64,000 bases of DNA, from the NCBI GenBank assembly GCA_965112155.1, contig OZ218102.1, one strand, 5' to 3'. The number at the start of each line of letters is the position of its first letter. The first letter of the stretch is position 1. Below the pieces are notes generated by a model. That model was given only the letters and a program-made list of their open reading frames with translations, ran no database searches and had not been told where the DNA came from. Below, piece by piece: positions 51,431 through 63,672 of this stretch. The DNA is from Podarcis liolepis (lineage: Eukaryota). Made by a program: the position numbers and the translations under genes.

Positions 51431-53614
51431 AGCTTAGAGGTGGGAACAGGCAAAAGGGCCTGGTGGGGTCAGGAGCCTTCAGCCTGTGTATCCACTTAGG
51501 CCCTGCATCAGCAAGCTGCCTCTGCCAAAGTGGGAGGTAAATCCCAAAGTTTATTGCATTGCCAATGGGTTCTTTGGAAGAGTGCAGAGCTTGTAGCAAG
51601 GGTTGGGTGTTTCTGGTGCCTTAAACAAGAGCAGATACAGTCACATAGGAACTAAACTATTGAGCTCACACAGTTGAGACTAGCTGAAGAACTGCTTGCT
51701 GGTGTGTTCCCTTCCATTTGTGAATGATGCTGGTGGGCTTGGGTTTTGTTAAACTTCCTCTGCGTTTTGGTAAAATGCTAGTCTACATGCATCTGACGGA
51801 TTTGCATGCGAGCTTAGTGTCACTGGGGAGTTGCCTTGCTTTGACTACCTTAAGGATGCACATCTTGAACTTCCATCAATATGCTTTAGTAGCTACCTTT
51901 TAAAGTGCAGGGATTGCTCCTGCCAATATGCCATCCTGTATGTTGCCAAGTTTCACTGACCAGTATTACTCCCCCCTGAGACCAGCATTTTGGAAAGTCC
52001 CTGACGGAAAGCATGTCCTCTGTCTGCTTCTCTGGCTGATAATCCACTGCTCACTCCTCTGATGTGTTTAAACATGCATTATTTACCTGCAACTGGGGAA
52101 GCCCCACTGCAAATGTGTGCGCACACCTTTGTCCCCTAGAGTGGTTTTATCTTTTGCAATTTATAAAAAAAGAAAAGTGGAGGTTGTCAATAGAAGGAGC
52201 TCTGCAGTTCCCAGGGGTAGGGCATGTCCTGTACACTTGCAGAGTAGTGTAACCCTTGCCTCATGTTTGGGACCCCACGCTGGCTGTAGGCTTAAGTCAA
52301 ATATATCTCTATTACAGAGGAAGAATGATGGGGACTTGGAGCAAGACAGTAATGCTTGTTGGTGTCTTGCATTTCCTTCATTCTGCCTGAGAATAACTGC
52401 CATTGGGAATGAGGAATATTCTCACCTAATGAGACTTTCATCACTGAAGCCGCCTTACATAGATGGGGCAGGAAGAGTAAATTTTAACATTTCCAGACAG
52501 GAGTGGGTTTTTCTTTCTGCAGGTGGGAGAAAACATTTTAAACCTTATGAAATTGCTGAAAACACTTTTTTTTTAATAGCAAAGGTTCCCCAATATAGTA
52601 CAAAGGAGAGAGATGGCTTATTGAGTGTAAGCAGCAAGTCACCATGCAGTTCAATTTTCAAACTCAATGGATGGGTTTGCCAGCCAAAAATGGGGTGTGG
52701 AAGGCTTTATTACTCACAGTGTTGTCTGGATTCTTTACGCCTGTTGAATTGGGTGGGTAATTTTCTGTAGGCTTATGACCCTTTGTAAGACAGGACCCTG
52801 CCCTGAGACTGAGCTGCCTGGATTCCAAGCAGATCACATGTATTCTGCCTCAGCCCAAGCCTGGTGCTGCAGCAGCGCCTTGGCAATCTGGATTTTTCCT
52901 GTGCAGAGCAAATACGTCTTTTTGGTGCTGCAGATTAGCCTTTCCTGGGCTGGGGAAATGGATAAGTAGCAGAACACAAGGACAGCTTTGGATCTTGCCC
53001 CCTTCTGTCAGAGAATGAGGAAAGCCATACCAATACTGACCAGTGACCAGTTTGTCAATACTTGACATGCAGAGGTATAATTGTGTTACTGGGAGTTGCC
53101 TTCCAAAACCAGCACAAATGGAGGACTTGTTCCAAACCTAGTTAATCCACATCTGCAATACTGTTTACAAGTTTTTTTCAGGCTTTCAGGGAACCCATAA
53201 TACGCTTCCGCAGCCTGGAGCCTTTTTAAAAATATATATATAAAGATAAGACGAGAGTAAATCACCTTGTCCTTCATACCTGAAAACTTAAGAGGAATGT
53301 GTGGGTTCTTGTAAAGAGGAGTGGGCTTTCTTTTTCCAAGTACTGCACAAACCTCCTCCTCTCTGCAAAACCTAAAAAAAAATTTTTTTTAAAGGTTTTG
53401 ACAGTGCTGGGATTCACAAGCTTCCCTTTGATGGCCCAGTGGGGCCTCTTAGGCAGAGGATTAAGAGAAACTGCCCGCATAATGGTCCTTGGATGGTGTG
53501 TTTGCCCTGCCCATCCTGAGTAACTTGGCAGAAAATTTTTTTATGCTAATCTTGGCAAGTTTATTCTGTTTTTAATGAGATTCTTGTTTTCGAATCCTGT
53601 GTGCTGTATGCAGT

Positions 53615-53620
53615 ATTAAA
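53615..53620 (+). terminator. Candidate HPS6 polyadenylation signal (ATTAAA)
   Basis: ATTAAA preceded by a T-rich tract and TGTA and followed by GT-rich sequence; implies a 3'UTR of about 2.2 kb. Not verifiable here. Confidence 0.3.
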
Positions 53621-56600
53621 AGGTAAACAACCTTGAAGAGGACTCATCTGTGGCTGTGAAGTACCTGGCATATGTATTGTTGGGCACCAGCTGTGTGTGC
53701 CTTTTCTGTTGATTCAGGCTCGGCCTCACTTGTTAATGGGGAACAATGCCAGCAGATAAATTGCAGCCTGACCCAGAAAAAGTCCCTCCACTAAAAAGCA
53801 AACCATTGCTGGGAAGGAAAGCTGCAGCGGGCAAGCTGTTCTGCTAGCAATCAATGCACCTTTTGTCTGCTTATTCATAGCACAAGAGCTGTGCTGGCAG
53901 CTGCCCAGCTTCTTCTGTGAAAGCAGTTATGGGGGTCATAGTCTACCTTTTAGATTCCCTCACAGTTGCCTCCAACAAAGGAGAGGTTAAAAGTGTCCCT
54001 TCAAGTGAAGGGGGGAGATGTAAAGAGATTCGACAAGAGCTACACAAGTGCAGGAGGGAAGGGAGAAGCAATAGGCAAATGGTTGCAAACCAGCTTGAAA
54101 TAGGATTTCATTTTATAACAAGAGGGGAGTAGCGTGTGATGTCTCTTTATACATAAAGAACAAGCAGCCTCCTTGGTCTGGATTTTTTCTTTATTTTATA
54201 AGCAGCAGCATGTAATACTGATTATTATGCTTCCAGGGGTGCCTTTTCCTAAAGGATGTCCTGGCTTTGTATCTGTTCCTTTGATGGAAACCAGAATACA
54301 ATGGATTGGGGTGGTGGTGTTCCACTACTGAAAGAGCCCTAGCCAATCCAGTGCAATAGAATCCCAAGATTATATTTAATAGCAGTGTTTGCAGGAGTTA
54401 CCTATTAGAAGACCTTGTAGTTATTTGCTCTCCTCTCTACACACTCTTTGTATTTGTAAAGATCCAATGACAGACTTCAGCTTCCTGACCGTCTGATACT
54501 GTACTTGGCAGCGGCAGCTACTAGCTCATTTTAAGAGAGTCACAAAATAGGCAGGGCAGTATTCAACAAAGTTGAGTAGGCCCATTGAAATTTCTGGGCC
54601 TGACTTAGTCATGTTCATCAATTTCTGAGTAAAGTTCAGTTGAATACCACTCTGGGATCACTTCCAGTCAATGGGCACAGGAGGAGCAACTTCCAGTCCA
54701 ACAAGGCAGCACTAGATTTTGTGACCCTTATTTCTCACGGAGCCGTTTCTCTACAGTAGTTCTTCCACCACTTTAATTTTCCAATATTTTAGCCCTGGCT
54801 TATACCTTATAAAAAGTAATGGAAAGTCTGAATGCACGGAAGTGATATAAAAAGACAAATGGATCATCCGATAATTATAGAAAATGCTAGAAGAGCGCTT
54901 TTACTCACACGGAGAACTGTAGTATCACACGTACTTTGGGTACGGGTGGGTTGTGGCATTTAATTCAAGCGGCTTATTACTACAGCAAGATCAAGAGAGG
55001 AAAAGTGGGGGTAGATACTTCACTCCAGATTGCTAATCATTTCCCACTTCTGATCCTGTGGCTTTACAGCATGATTCCTGGATTATCTAGTACCACTCAA
55101 ACAGACTTTCGTTTTCATTTGAAATCTTGTAGAGCTTGGCAATTGGAAGTGCCACTGTTTTTGCACTTTGGAAATGCCACAGAGAATCGGTATGGTAGAT
55201 ATTTCCCATCCTGCACATAATAATATAGAATTACTTCCCACTAAGGTTGACTATACCTTCTTGTGAGTTTTCATATGTTCTCTGCTTTGCCATGCTAGTG
55301 AGCACAGTTAGGGATACTTTGCAGACTGTGATGTTGCAGTGATGAATGCTTCCCGTTTCTTATGGCATACTTGTTCCTTGTGTTTTACATGACTGCAGCA
55401 TATGTATGGGAATCTTTTGCTCTCCAGGCCAGATGTTCCCCACCTGCTTTAGCATATCTTTCTAACCATCTTAAGCCTTGATTGTGACTCCTGGGCACCT
55501 CTTCTCCCTACACAACACTTACCAGGAATTTGCACACTTACAAATCAGTACACAAATGTCAGCCCTCAAGCTGTATGGCTGCTACACAGTAGTGTACCCT
55601 CATCTCTCTCTCTCTCATTTATTTTTTATTTTAAAAAATTGTCCAGCTAGGCTTTTCTTACACTTCAGAATTCACCTACCACATTTTCTGAGAACATTTC
55701 AGGAAGTAAGTTCTGTTGCAATGTAGTCTTTTTCCCAGATGGTTAAAAATATCCTGCTGAACATCTGTGCTGGTATATCTCGATCCAGCAGTAATAGCAT
55801 AATACTTTGCCCCTTGGTATTGGAATTAAAGGATAGCACTGATGAATTGGGAACCGCCACCCCAGTTTGTTTTTAAGGTAGGAGATGAAGACCCATATGA
55901 GAGGTTATAAAAGACTCAAAACTGAAATGGATACTAAATAGAATGGTGTTGGAAGGGTTATAGCATTTTGGTGGTACAGGGCAGTACTAAAGAATAGGTG
56001 TTTAGGGAGGGTACAGCTGCCAATAAGAAGCTGGCTTTTATTAGCTTTAATAGGGCTTTGAAACCTCCCTCACTGATCAATTATAGTGGGCATACAGTGC
56101 CTCCTACAGTTTACAAAATGACATTTGGACTATCTGCTCTTCTCATTGATGCTGTAGGAAATAGCCACTATATGCCTGATGTGACCTCATAACCACATCG
56201 TTCTTAATAGCAAGTATAGCCAGTGATATGCTAGCAATTCGGAGGAGATTTCATTTTCCCAGCAACAAAAATGCTGCAGACTCCCTATAACACACATACT
56301 GAAAAGGCAGCTGGATCTCATACAGTAATTCTGTACCAATCTTTAAAAATACCGAATAAAAATGCATCATCAGGAAAAGAACTCTTCTCATTAACTAGGG
56401 AATTTGCCCAACCTCAGAACTATGATTAAGTTCTCAGACAGCAGCCCAAATGCAGCAAGAGCAACGCGCCACTTTCAAGGAGCTGCCACTGGATCAGAAG
56501 CCAAGCGTGTAAATAATGCTTATCTACCCACAGCAGGAATCCAAATTGAAATTTATTAGAAACAGGAATGGGGTGCATGGGAGGCTTCTTTCCACCTGGG

Positions 56601-58240
56601 AAAATACATCACTACAATAACAGAGACCAAATTTTAAAAACATACAGCCTACCTAGACTCCTAACGTTGGCAATAAACATTCTACGTACATTTAGACCAG
56701 CATTTCTGGTGGAATGTACAACCCACTGGTGGTTGTTAAAGGAGGTAGTACAATGTATCTTGGAATCTGGCACATGCCGTTTCTGATTACTTCTTGGATT
56801 TCTTATTGAAAGCTTGTAACCCATTAAAGAGAGACAAGCTTTACTACCACATGGGCAATGCTCAACTAAATTATTTCACAAGCAGAACGGTCTCCACTTG
56901 CACAAACAGGACTTCCCCCCGACCCCCATGCATGTCCTGCACCCCCCCAAATTTTCTCCCAAGGATTGGGGGAACCCCTAAAACAGATTTAGTGGGAGAA
57001 CACTCTTGTTGCACAAGGAAAAATCCTTCCACAGACAGAAGTTCGCCTTAGTTTCACCCTCAGTTTAGATTGAAGGCATGAAAGTTAGGCTGAGGCCATT
57101 CCCAGTTCTACTAGAGTTTTCGGTCCACAGTGAGACCTACTTTTTTTTGGCACGATGCATTTGTATAAATTCATTGTTTTGGGAAAATATAAAATGCCAA
57201 AGACTGCAAATCAAGGAGGGGGGTAGAAGAAGTTCATACAATAGGGGAACATACAAATGCGTGTCCTGAGATAGCAAGGGATGACATGAAATGTGAAAAA
57301 GTGTTCTAGCCACCAATTCAGAACAGCCTTTGCTAACTTGGTGATTTTCAGATGTTTAGGACTGCATTTCCCATTGGCCTCAGCAATGGTACTGCCTTGG
57401 GAAATCACCGTCTGAAACATCTGGAGGACAGGTTGCTGACAAGTGGACTAAGGCAACATGTGCTTTCTGCACATGTGGATTAGCAGAACCATACAGTATG
57501 CGTTGTTTGGTTGTTTTTTAGCTAAGCCTCCTTTTGCTATACAGTACTTGCTCCTTTCTTTCCAGTCTAGAGCAGGGATGGGGAGAAGGTGGGACCACCT
57601 ATCACTTGCTGGTTGCTGGGATTCTTGTTAAGCAGGAATGGAGAATGGCTGGACTACAACTTCCATAAGTCCTTATCATTTGCCATGATCGCTAGGGCTA
57701 ATGGGAGCTGGAGTCAGACAACATGTGGAAGGCCACAAGATCCTCACCCCTGTTGTAAAGGATAGATAGAAATTGCCCTGAGACAGCAAGGCACTATTTA
57801 GCATTTTTAAATAAGAGTGCATTGTCAATGCATTGTACACAATTCAGTTATACCTTCATTATTAATAGATTTAGAGCACACGATTTTGCTTTGTAAATTT
57901 AAACACACAGTAGAAAACCATAGAGGGTTAAAAAAATAAAAGTAGTCCCAATAAAACTGAAGTCAGCTCCCACTTCCTTGCGGGAGGATTGTCATGTTGC
58001 TCAGCATGATGCTTCTTGTAATGCCCATAATTGAATTGCCAAAACGCTTCCCCAACCAGTCATTTTAGCTGTGTCACACAAAATCCTGGATTCAGCTGCA
58101 TCAGACGGCATTCCTGAACCCCAAATAGAGATGGGGACAGGGAAAGAGTTTTGCTACTTCTGGGTGGATTAATTGCATTCGTTGGAGCCACCATCATTAT
58201 TATGGACAGAAAGCAAGCACAGTCAGCCATCAACCCAAGC

Positions 58241-58407
58241 CAGTGGCGTAGCGTGGGTTGTCAGCATCGGGGCAAGGCAAGTAATTTGCGCCCCCTAACC
58301 CGTGGATTTGCGCCCCCTAACCAGTGGATTTGCGCCCCCTAACCCTAACCCCCAGATGTTGCGGCCGGTGCGGCCGCCCCCCCTGCACCCCCCACGCTAC
58401 GCCACTG
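58241..58407. mobile_element. Young hAT (Tip100-like) MITE, 167 bp
   Basis: Perfect 17-bp TIR CAGTGGCGTAGCGTGGG; perfect 8-bp TSD ACCCAAGC; three internal 21-bp repeats containing ATTTGCGCCCCCTAACC. Confidence 0.92.
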
Positions 58408-58853
58408 ACCCAAGCCAGCAGGATCATTCAATGGCATATAACTGTGTAAGGCACTGGTGTTCAAAGAAGAGGCAGGCTCTCCAGAATACTTATCATTGCC
58501 ACAGTGGGGCATAAGGAGCTACAGTCCCAATGGGAGGATTGTAGCTTTGCAGAAATGTCATAGTGCAGAGACTGCAAGCCTAGTCTTTAGGGTAGAAACA
58601 CACAGAACAAACACACACGTGGGGCTATGTATTGGGAACACAGCTAGGCCTGCTCATGTGTAACATGTCTTGCAGCTACCCTAATGGTGTCATTCGCAGG
58701 ATAAGCCAACTTGGCCAGGGAGAATTTGCTTCTGAGCGGTGATCCTTATGCTCCGCATTGGGAAGAGAAGCAAAGCAGTTCTGCAGACATTCATGTGTCA
58801 TCCTCAGTGTTGCTCAAGAACGATAGGTGGCAAGGTAATTGGTAAGGTAACTG

Positions 58854-58905
58854 CTAGTTCCTCAGCTCTGCTCGGGGCATTTTGAACATATGTGGTGGCC
58901 TTGAT
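58854..58905 (-). CDS. PROM3: Prominin-family terminal coding exon, (L)SRPPHMFKMPRAELRN*
   Basis: Long polypyrimidine tract plus ttgcag acceptor, correct phase, TAG at 58854-58856; FKMPR resembles the FHIPR tail motif of prominin-2. Confidence 0.82.
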
Positions 58906-59504
58906 CTGCAAAGGGAGAAAAGTAGAAAGAGCGCTCTAAGCTTGAGGCTAGGTGGTTGGGCAGGGCATGAAGCGGAAAGGGGTTTCTAATAAGGATTTTA
59001 TAAAAAAAACTAATGACACTTGGAGAAATCTCTCTGGTCTATATGACTCTTATTGGCCTGTAGTGGAAGTGGGGATGAATACTTCCCTAGCCCCACCCAC
59101 TGTAAAAACATTCCCTGCAGCTAAGATTCAGTTCATGCCCAGATAGGATTTGGTGGGTTCTGTGCACAATGCCAGCCATACTTCCTCTTACCAGCACCCC
59201 AGGGACTGCCTCTGTGCAGCTGGGGCCAGCATGCAACAGAAAGCTCAGCTTAGCGCAAAGAAGACCAAAAGCATACCCTGCAGAGCATTAAATGTCTTCT
59301 GTCCCAGCCACCAACACCAAAGCAAGAGAGCTTCATATTTTGAAATGGCAGAGCTCCTTTCCCAAAATGGTCTTGTTTAGCACCTTTCTCCAGTACTGGA
59401 CCTCCTTCCCGTTACTTAAATTGCATGGTCATTTCCTACATCTAGGGCGGCTTTCTTTTGAACTCCACACCAAACATAGACAGGAGGTATGAAAAGATAC
59501 TTAC

Positions 59505-59531
59505 AATTCCATATTTTCCATGGCACCATCC
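59505..59531 (-). CDS. PROM3: Prominin-family 27-nt micro-exon, (T)DGAMENME(L)
   Basis: ttttactag acceptor, gtaagt donor, phase 2-2; fits between the flanking exons. Confidence 0.78.
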
Positions 59532-60224
59532 CTAGTAAAAGAAAGAGAATGTCAATGGGATATATGACAGCTTCCTCAAAGGCTTTCCAGAATCCATGCT
59601 AAGCTCCCTCAACCCTAATGTGGGCAAGGGAATTAAAAAGAAGAGTACTATAACCCCCAACTGCTTATACTGGAACCAGATGGCAGGACAATGCAACCTT
59701 TCAGCAGTGCTGCCAAACCTGGGTGCCTGTTGAACAGCAGAAAAACCCATGTCCATCGACCAAGCTCAATGCACCTAAGCACTAGCTAGCATAGCTCCTT
59801 TATATAGTAAGGTGTCTTACATGTGTTCTCTGGGTCTACTTCTGGCATTGCACAGCCAAAGTGGGTGCAAAGAAGTTTAGCCGTAAGGTTAGAATTATGC
59901 ACCCTCTGAAATGCTGCCTTAATAGCAAGAATCCTCCCTGGTCACGTGAGCAATTGTTTCTTGAACTTGTCATGGCTCTAGTCTAGTTCGTGCCCAGGGT
60001 CATGGGGTTTTTTTGTTATTGCTTCATACTGCGCAGACTTGTGCCCTGGAGAGGTCACCTCAATGTCCCTATCACAGCAATTTGACTTCACCCATGGAGG
60101 CACACTCCATTGTCTCTCAAGACGGATGGATGCCAACAACGACAACAAACCCAGATAACACAGCATTGGTGTGGCTTCCACAGGACCATGTTTTGCCAGA
60201 AAGGTTGAAAGCTGTTTCAGAGTA

Positions 60225-60725
60225 CAGTGGTACCTTGGGTTAAGAAGAAGAAGAGTTTGGATTTGATATCCCGCCTTTCACTCCCCTTCAGGAGTCTCAA
60301 AGCGGCTAACATTCTCCTTTCCCTTCCTCCCCCACAACAAACACTCTGTGAGGTGAGTGGGGCTGAGAGACTTCAAAGAAGTGTGACTGGCCCAAGGTCA
60401 CCCAGCAGCTGCATGTGGAGGAGCGGAGACACGAACCCGGTTTCCCAGATTACGTGACTACCGCTCTTAACCACTACACCACACTGGCTCTCCACACTGG
60501 GTTAAGAATTTAATTCATTCTGGAGGTCCATTCTTAACCTGAAACTGTTCTTAACCTGAAGCACCACTTTAGCTAATGGGGCCTCCTGCTGCGCCGCTGC
60601 CACCACGCGATTTCTGTTCTCATCCTGAAGCAAAGTTCTTAACTCGAGGTACTATTTCTGGGTTAGCAGAGTCTGTAACCTGAAGCGTATGTAACCTGAA
60701 GCGTATGTAACCCGAGGTACCACTG
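60225..60725. mobile_element. Tigger-like MITE interrupted by a SINE
   Basis: TA|CAGTGGTACCTTGGGTTA ... TAACCCGAGGTACCACTG|TA. Confidence 0.88.
60247..60497 (-). mobile_element. Young tRNA/CORE-type SINE with L2-like tail and (TTC)n end (Squam2-like)
   Basis: Head GAGAGCCAGTGTGGTGTAGTGGTTAAGAGC and core GGGTGACCTTGGGCCAGTCAC. 11-bp TSD TGGGTTAAGAA at 60236-60246 and 60498-60508. Confidence 0.88.
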
Positions 60726-61044
60726 TATAAGCAAGTGGGAAGTCAAAACATTCCCTTTTTCATTTACTAGGGAAGGCAATTAGCACTTTCCCCTAAAGGC
60801 TTCCCCTGGAGAACCCACTTTTCCATCAGTATCTTAAAAGCAGACACTTTCACAAGAGGGATTGTTGCCCTACAGCTGGACTTGCACTTCTAGGTAATGG
60901 AACCAACTGGAGGGTGGAGGGCTTACGGGGTGTCCAAGCCTATAATCAGTGAACAGTACTGAGAGTGGGGTGGGGGGAAAGAATTAAAGCATCTGATCCA
61001 TGGCCATAGGCAGGGTGACAGGCAAAAGTATAACCCATCCTCAC

Positions 61045-61157
61045 GTGTAGACGTCATCCATGTGCATTCTGCGGTAAAATTTGGCAAGCCGCACAGCCAA
61101 GATGATGCTCGGCAGCAGAAAGATGGTGCACCAGCCTAGACTGAACCAGAAGGCGTT
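61045..61157 (-). CDS. PROM3: Prominin-family exon with TM5, [37 protein letters not shown](T)
   Basis: ccttag acceptor, gtgagg donor, 113 nt; carries the hallmark prominin NxFWF...P..I.AV.LAK.YRRM motif. Confidence 0.93.
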
Positions 61158-61609
61158 CTAAGGGGAGAAGAGGGGAAGGCAGCTGTCAGTACTCCCGCTG
61201 TCTCTCTCCACTTAACTCCCACCCTGCTTGAGCTCATGCAAGGTAAGCCTCGCCTATAGCCTACCTGTGTCTTTTCCATCCATCTCCCCAACGTTTCCCT
61301 AGAGCTCCCTTCACATACATCTATACACTTTCCCCAGCCCTGTGCCCATTCAAGAGCACAGGGATCTGTCCCATGTGCAGATGTCTCCCCAGCTTCTTTC
61401 CATGCGCCACCCCAGGCAAGATTCCCAGAGCCACAGCACAGCCTCTGCCCAAGGTAGTTACAATTTCTGTGGCCCCACCACCTACCAGTTACTCCTACAT
61501 CCTGGGCTGCAGTCGCCATCTCTCAACCTACGGACTGCCACCCTGCTGTCCCTTATCTATGCTGGCTCATTCCCACACCCCAGCTTATCCCTCGTGTTGA
61601 CTGCCTCAC

Positions 61610-61699
61610 CAATGAATTGACAACGCAGCTGCAGACCACGGTATTCACACTATCCAGTGCCCAGGCTGCAGGGCCACAGCGGCCCACCTGCTCTTTGAT
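61610..61699 (-). CDS. PROM3: Prominin-family exon, IKEQVGRCGPAAWALDSVNTVVCSCVVNSL
   Basis: tggcag acceptor, gtgagg donor, 90 nt; has the CxP...ALD...C pattern of the second extracellular loop. Confidence 0.9.
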
Positions 61700-62628
61700 C
61701 TGCCAGCAAAGAAGACAAGGAAACATCATGACCACCAGAGGAAAAATCCCGAGCCCTGCACTCCTTTCCTGGCCAAACACCTTCATCCTGAGGTCATCAT
61801 AAATGTTGCCTGTCCAGCTAAGCACATGGTAGGAATTGTCCTGGCATTGCCAACCTTATAACTTCATGCTGTACTTGCACCCTAGAAGTAAGATGGGCAA
61901 CGGCAGTACACTTCCCACGAGTTCAACTTGATTTTGCTTACATATGCCTCCAGGGCCACCTGTGCATGAGGCTGTAAGACTGGCAAGTGAATGCAAGTGG
62001 CTGATTGGGAAAGTGCAGTTAACCACAGAATGCTGCAGCACGACTGCTGCCAGGAGTAAGGTTCTGTCAGCATATTGGAGTTGCCCTCAGATATTTGCAC
62101 TGGCTGTTGATGGGCAGAATGACGGCATTCAATGTCACATTGGCTGCTCACACTTGTAGGAAACAGGCAAGTGCAGCCAAGCCAGGAGAAATTAACCCTC
62201 ACTCATCAGCTGCCATAAGCTCAGCAGGATTCCTCCTTCCTGTTTCATGAGTGAGGTTGCATGGGCATCTTGCCAGAATGGAGGACCAGGTGTTGCTGTT
62301 TTAACCTCCAAAAACTGGACGTTCAAAAAGGAGTGTGTGGCTATTGAAAGCCCTTTGCAAAAGTGCTCTTGACAGTTTTCAGAAGTTCAGGCAGCAGGGC
62401 ATGGGGACACCTGAGGTTTCAAACTGCAGTATCACCTGGTGTCAAAACTCCATCCACCTGCCCAAAGTAACCTGTCAAAGATTTGGAAATAAAAATCTGG
62501 CCCGCCTGGCAGAAAAGGTTCCCTGCCCCATATCTTTTTAGATGTCTATTGCAAACTTACCCAGACATATAATTTAGTTACTCATATTTGTTCTTAAAGT
62601 TTTACTGATTTAATCAGTGTTTTAATTA

Positions 62629-62767
62629 CCGTATTTTTCCATGTATAAGACTAGGGTTTTTTCCTTAAAAATAATGTCAGAAATTAGGGGTTGTCTTATA
62701 CCCCCCCCCATTTTCTTAAATCTGAGTCCTCAAAAATAGGGGGCATCTTATAGATGGAAAAATGCAG
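62629..62767. mobile_element. Short TcMar-Tc2-type MITE
   Basis: TA|CCGTATTTTTCCATGTATAAGAC ... ATCTTATAGATGGAAAAATGCAG|TA. Confidence 0.75.
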
Positions 62768-63088
62768 TATGTTTTATATATACTTGTTTTTTATTGCTTT
62801 GCAGATTTCATCTGCATTTTAACTACAACTTTGTTATGCGCACCGTCTCTAGAGAGTGCTTTGATTAAGCAGTTTATAAATCTTTTAAACCAGTAAATAA
62901 TAAATAAACTATGGCTAAAAGGTCCAGTAAATTCATGGTTGACTGGCTTGGGTATGCATAGCCACAGGCAAGCATCCAGCCTGGATGTGAGTATAGCAGA
63001 AGTATACAAGCAAGGACAACCAGGCTCCCACCTTGTCATCACTCAGGATTAAGCCCAATCTCCATCAACAGCAGTTGGCATTACTTAC

Positions 63089-63157
63089 GGTACTCTTTGC
63101 CCAGTCTATATATGATTCAAATAAACCCAGCAGAGTTTTCACGAAAGCTGAAGTCTC
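63089..63157 (-). CDS. PROM3: Prominin-family exon, ETSAFVKTLLGLFESYIDWAKST
   Basis: ctctag acceptor, gtaagt donor, 69 nt; aligns with PROM1 [23 protein letters not shown]. Confidence 0.88.
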
Positions 63158-63591
63158 CTAGAGGTAAGAAGGTAAGATGGGTGGGTGCAAGTTAGAGGAT
63201 AGGACAACAACTTCCAAACAAGGAAAGGGGTTCAGTTATGGGGCTCCAATCCCCTATCCAAGCTCCATTAATGGTTCCAAGAATAGGAAGGGAAATTGGG
63301 CTGTCTTATGGGGTACAGGAAAAGGTAATACGGCTAATCAATGCACGATCAGCTGGGGTGTCACATGTCCCTATCCTGGGAGCACTAGCTTTCGCTTGTC
63401 CTCTCCACTGCATTTCCTGTATTTCCATTTCCCAGAGTTGTTCACTAGCATGTCTAATGTCGTAGTTAGAGGCCTATAGGACTTCTGGATGAGCCTCCAT
63501 GTTACATTATGTGGCGATGCACAAATCCAGTCTTAATGATGCCCTCTGTGTACCCCCACCAGGAAATGGGTTGAATGATGAGAAGACTCAC

Positions 63592-63672
63592 GTTTTTGAC
63601 AACGTCCTGCGCCTGCCACTTCATAAATAGCTGAGCGTCTTCTATTTTTGACAACGTGGCGTTCGCTGTACC
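63592..63672 (-). CDS. PROM3: Prominin-family gene (probably prominin-3 / prominin-1-A-like) exon, GTANATLSKIEDAQLFMKWQAQDVVKN
   Basis: cctgccag acceptor, gtgagt donor, 81 nt, phase 0-0; same length as the recalled equivalent PROM1 exon. The paralog assignment is inferred. Confidence 0.8.

Noticed and set aside
49085-51599. Antisense and alternate-frame ORFs over HPS6 (up to 267 aa)
   Set aside because: Shadow ORFs of a GC-rich coding sequence with no recognisable motifs.
52117-52770. 217-aa plus-strand ORF downstream of HPS6
   Set aside because: GTG start, no recognisable domain, and located in the probable HPS6 3'UTR. Most likely chance, though not tested by search.
53700-58200. LDB1 or another gene between HPS6 and the prominin
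   Set aside because: I found no recognisable coding exons in this interval.
58337-58352. Interstitial telomeric sequence
   Set aside because: Only about two CCCTAA units, forming part of a MITE's internal repeat.
60420-60492. tRNA genes at SINE heads (also near 22685 and 34340-34418)
   Set aside because: A/B boxes are present, but they continue into SINE bodies and tails, two with clear TSDs; I could not fold a complete cloverleaf.
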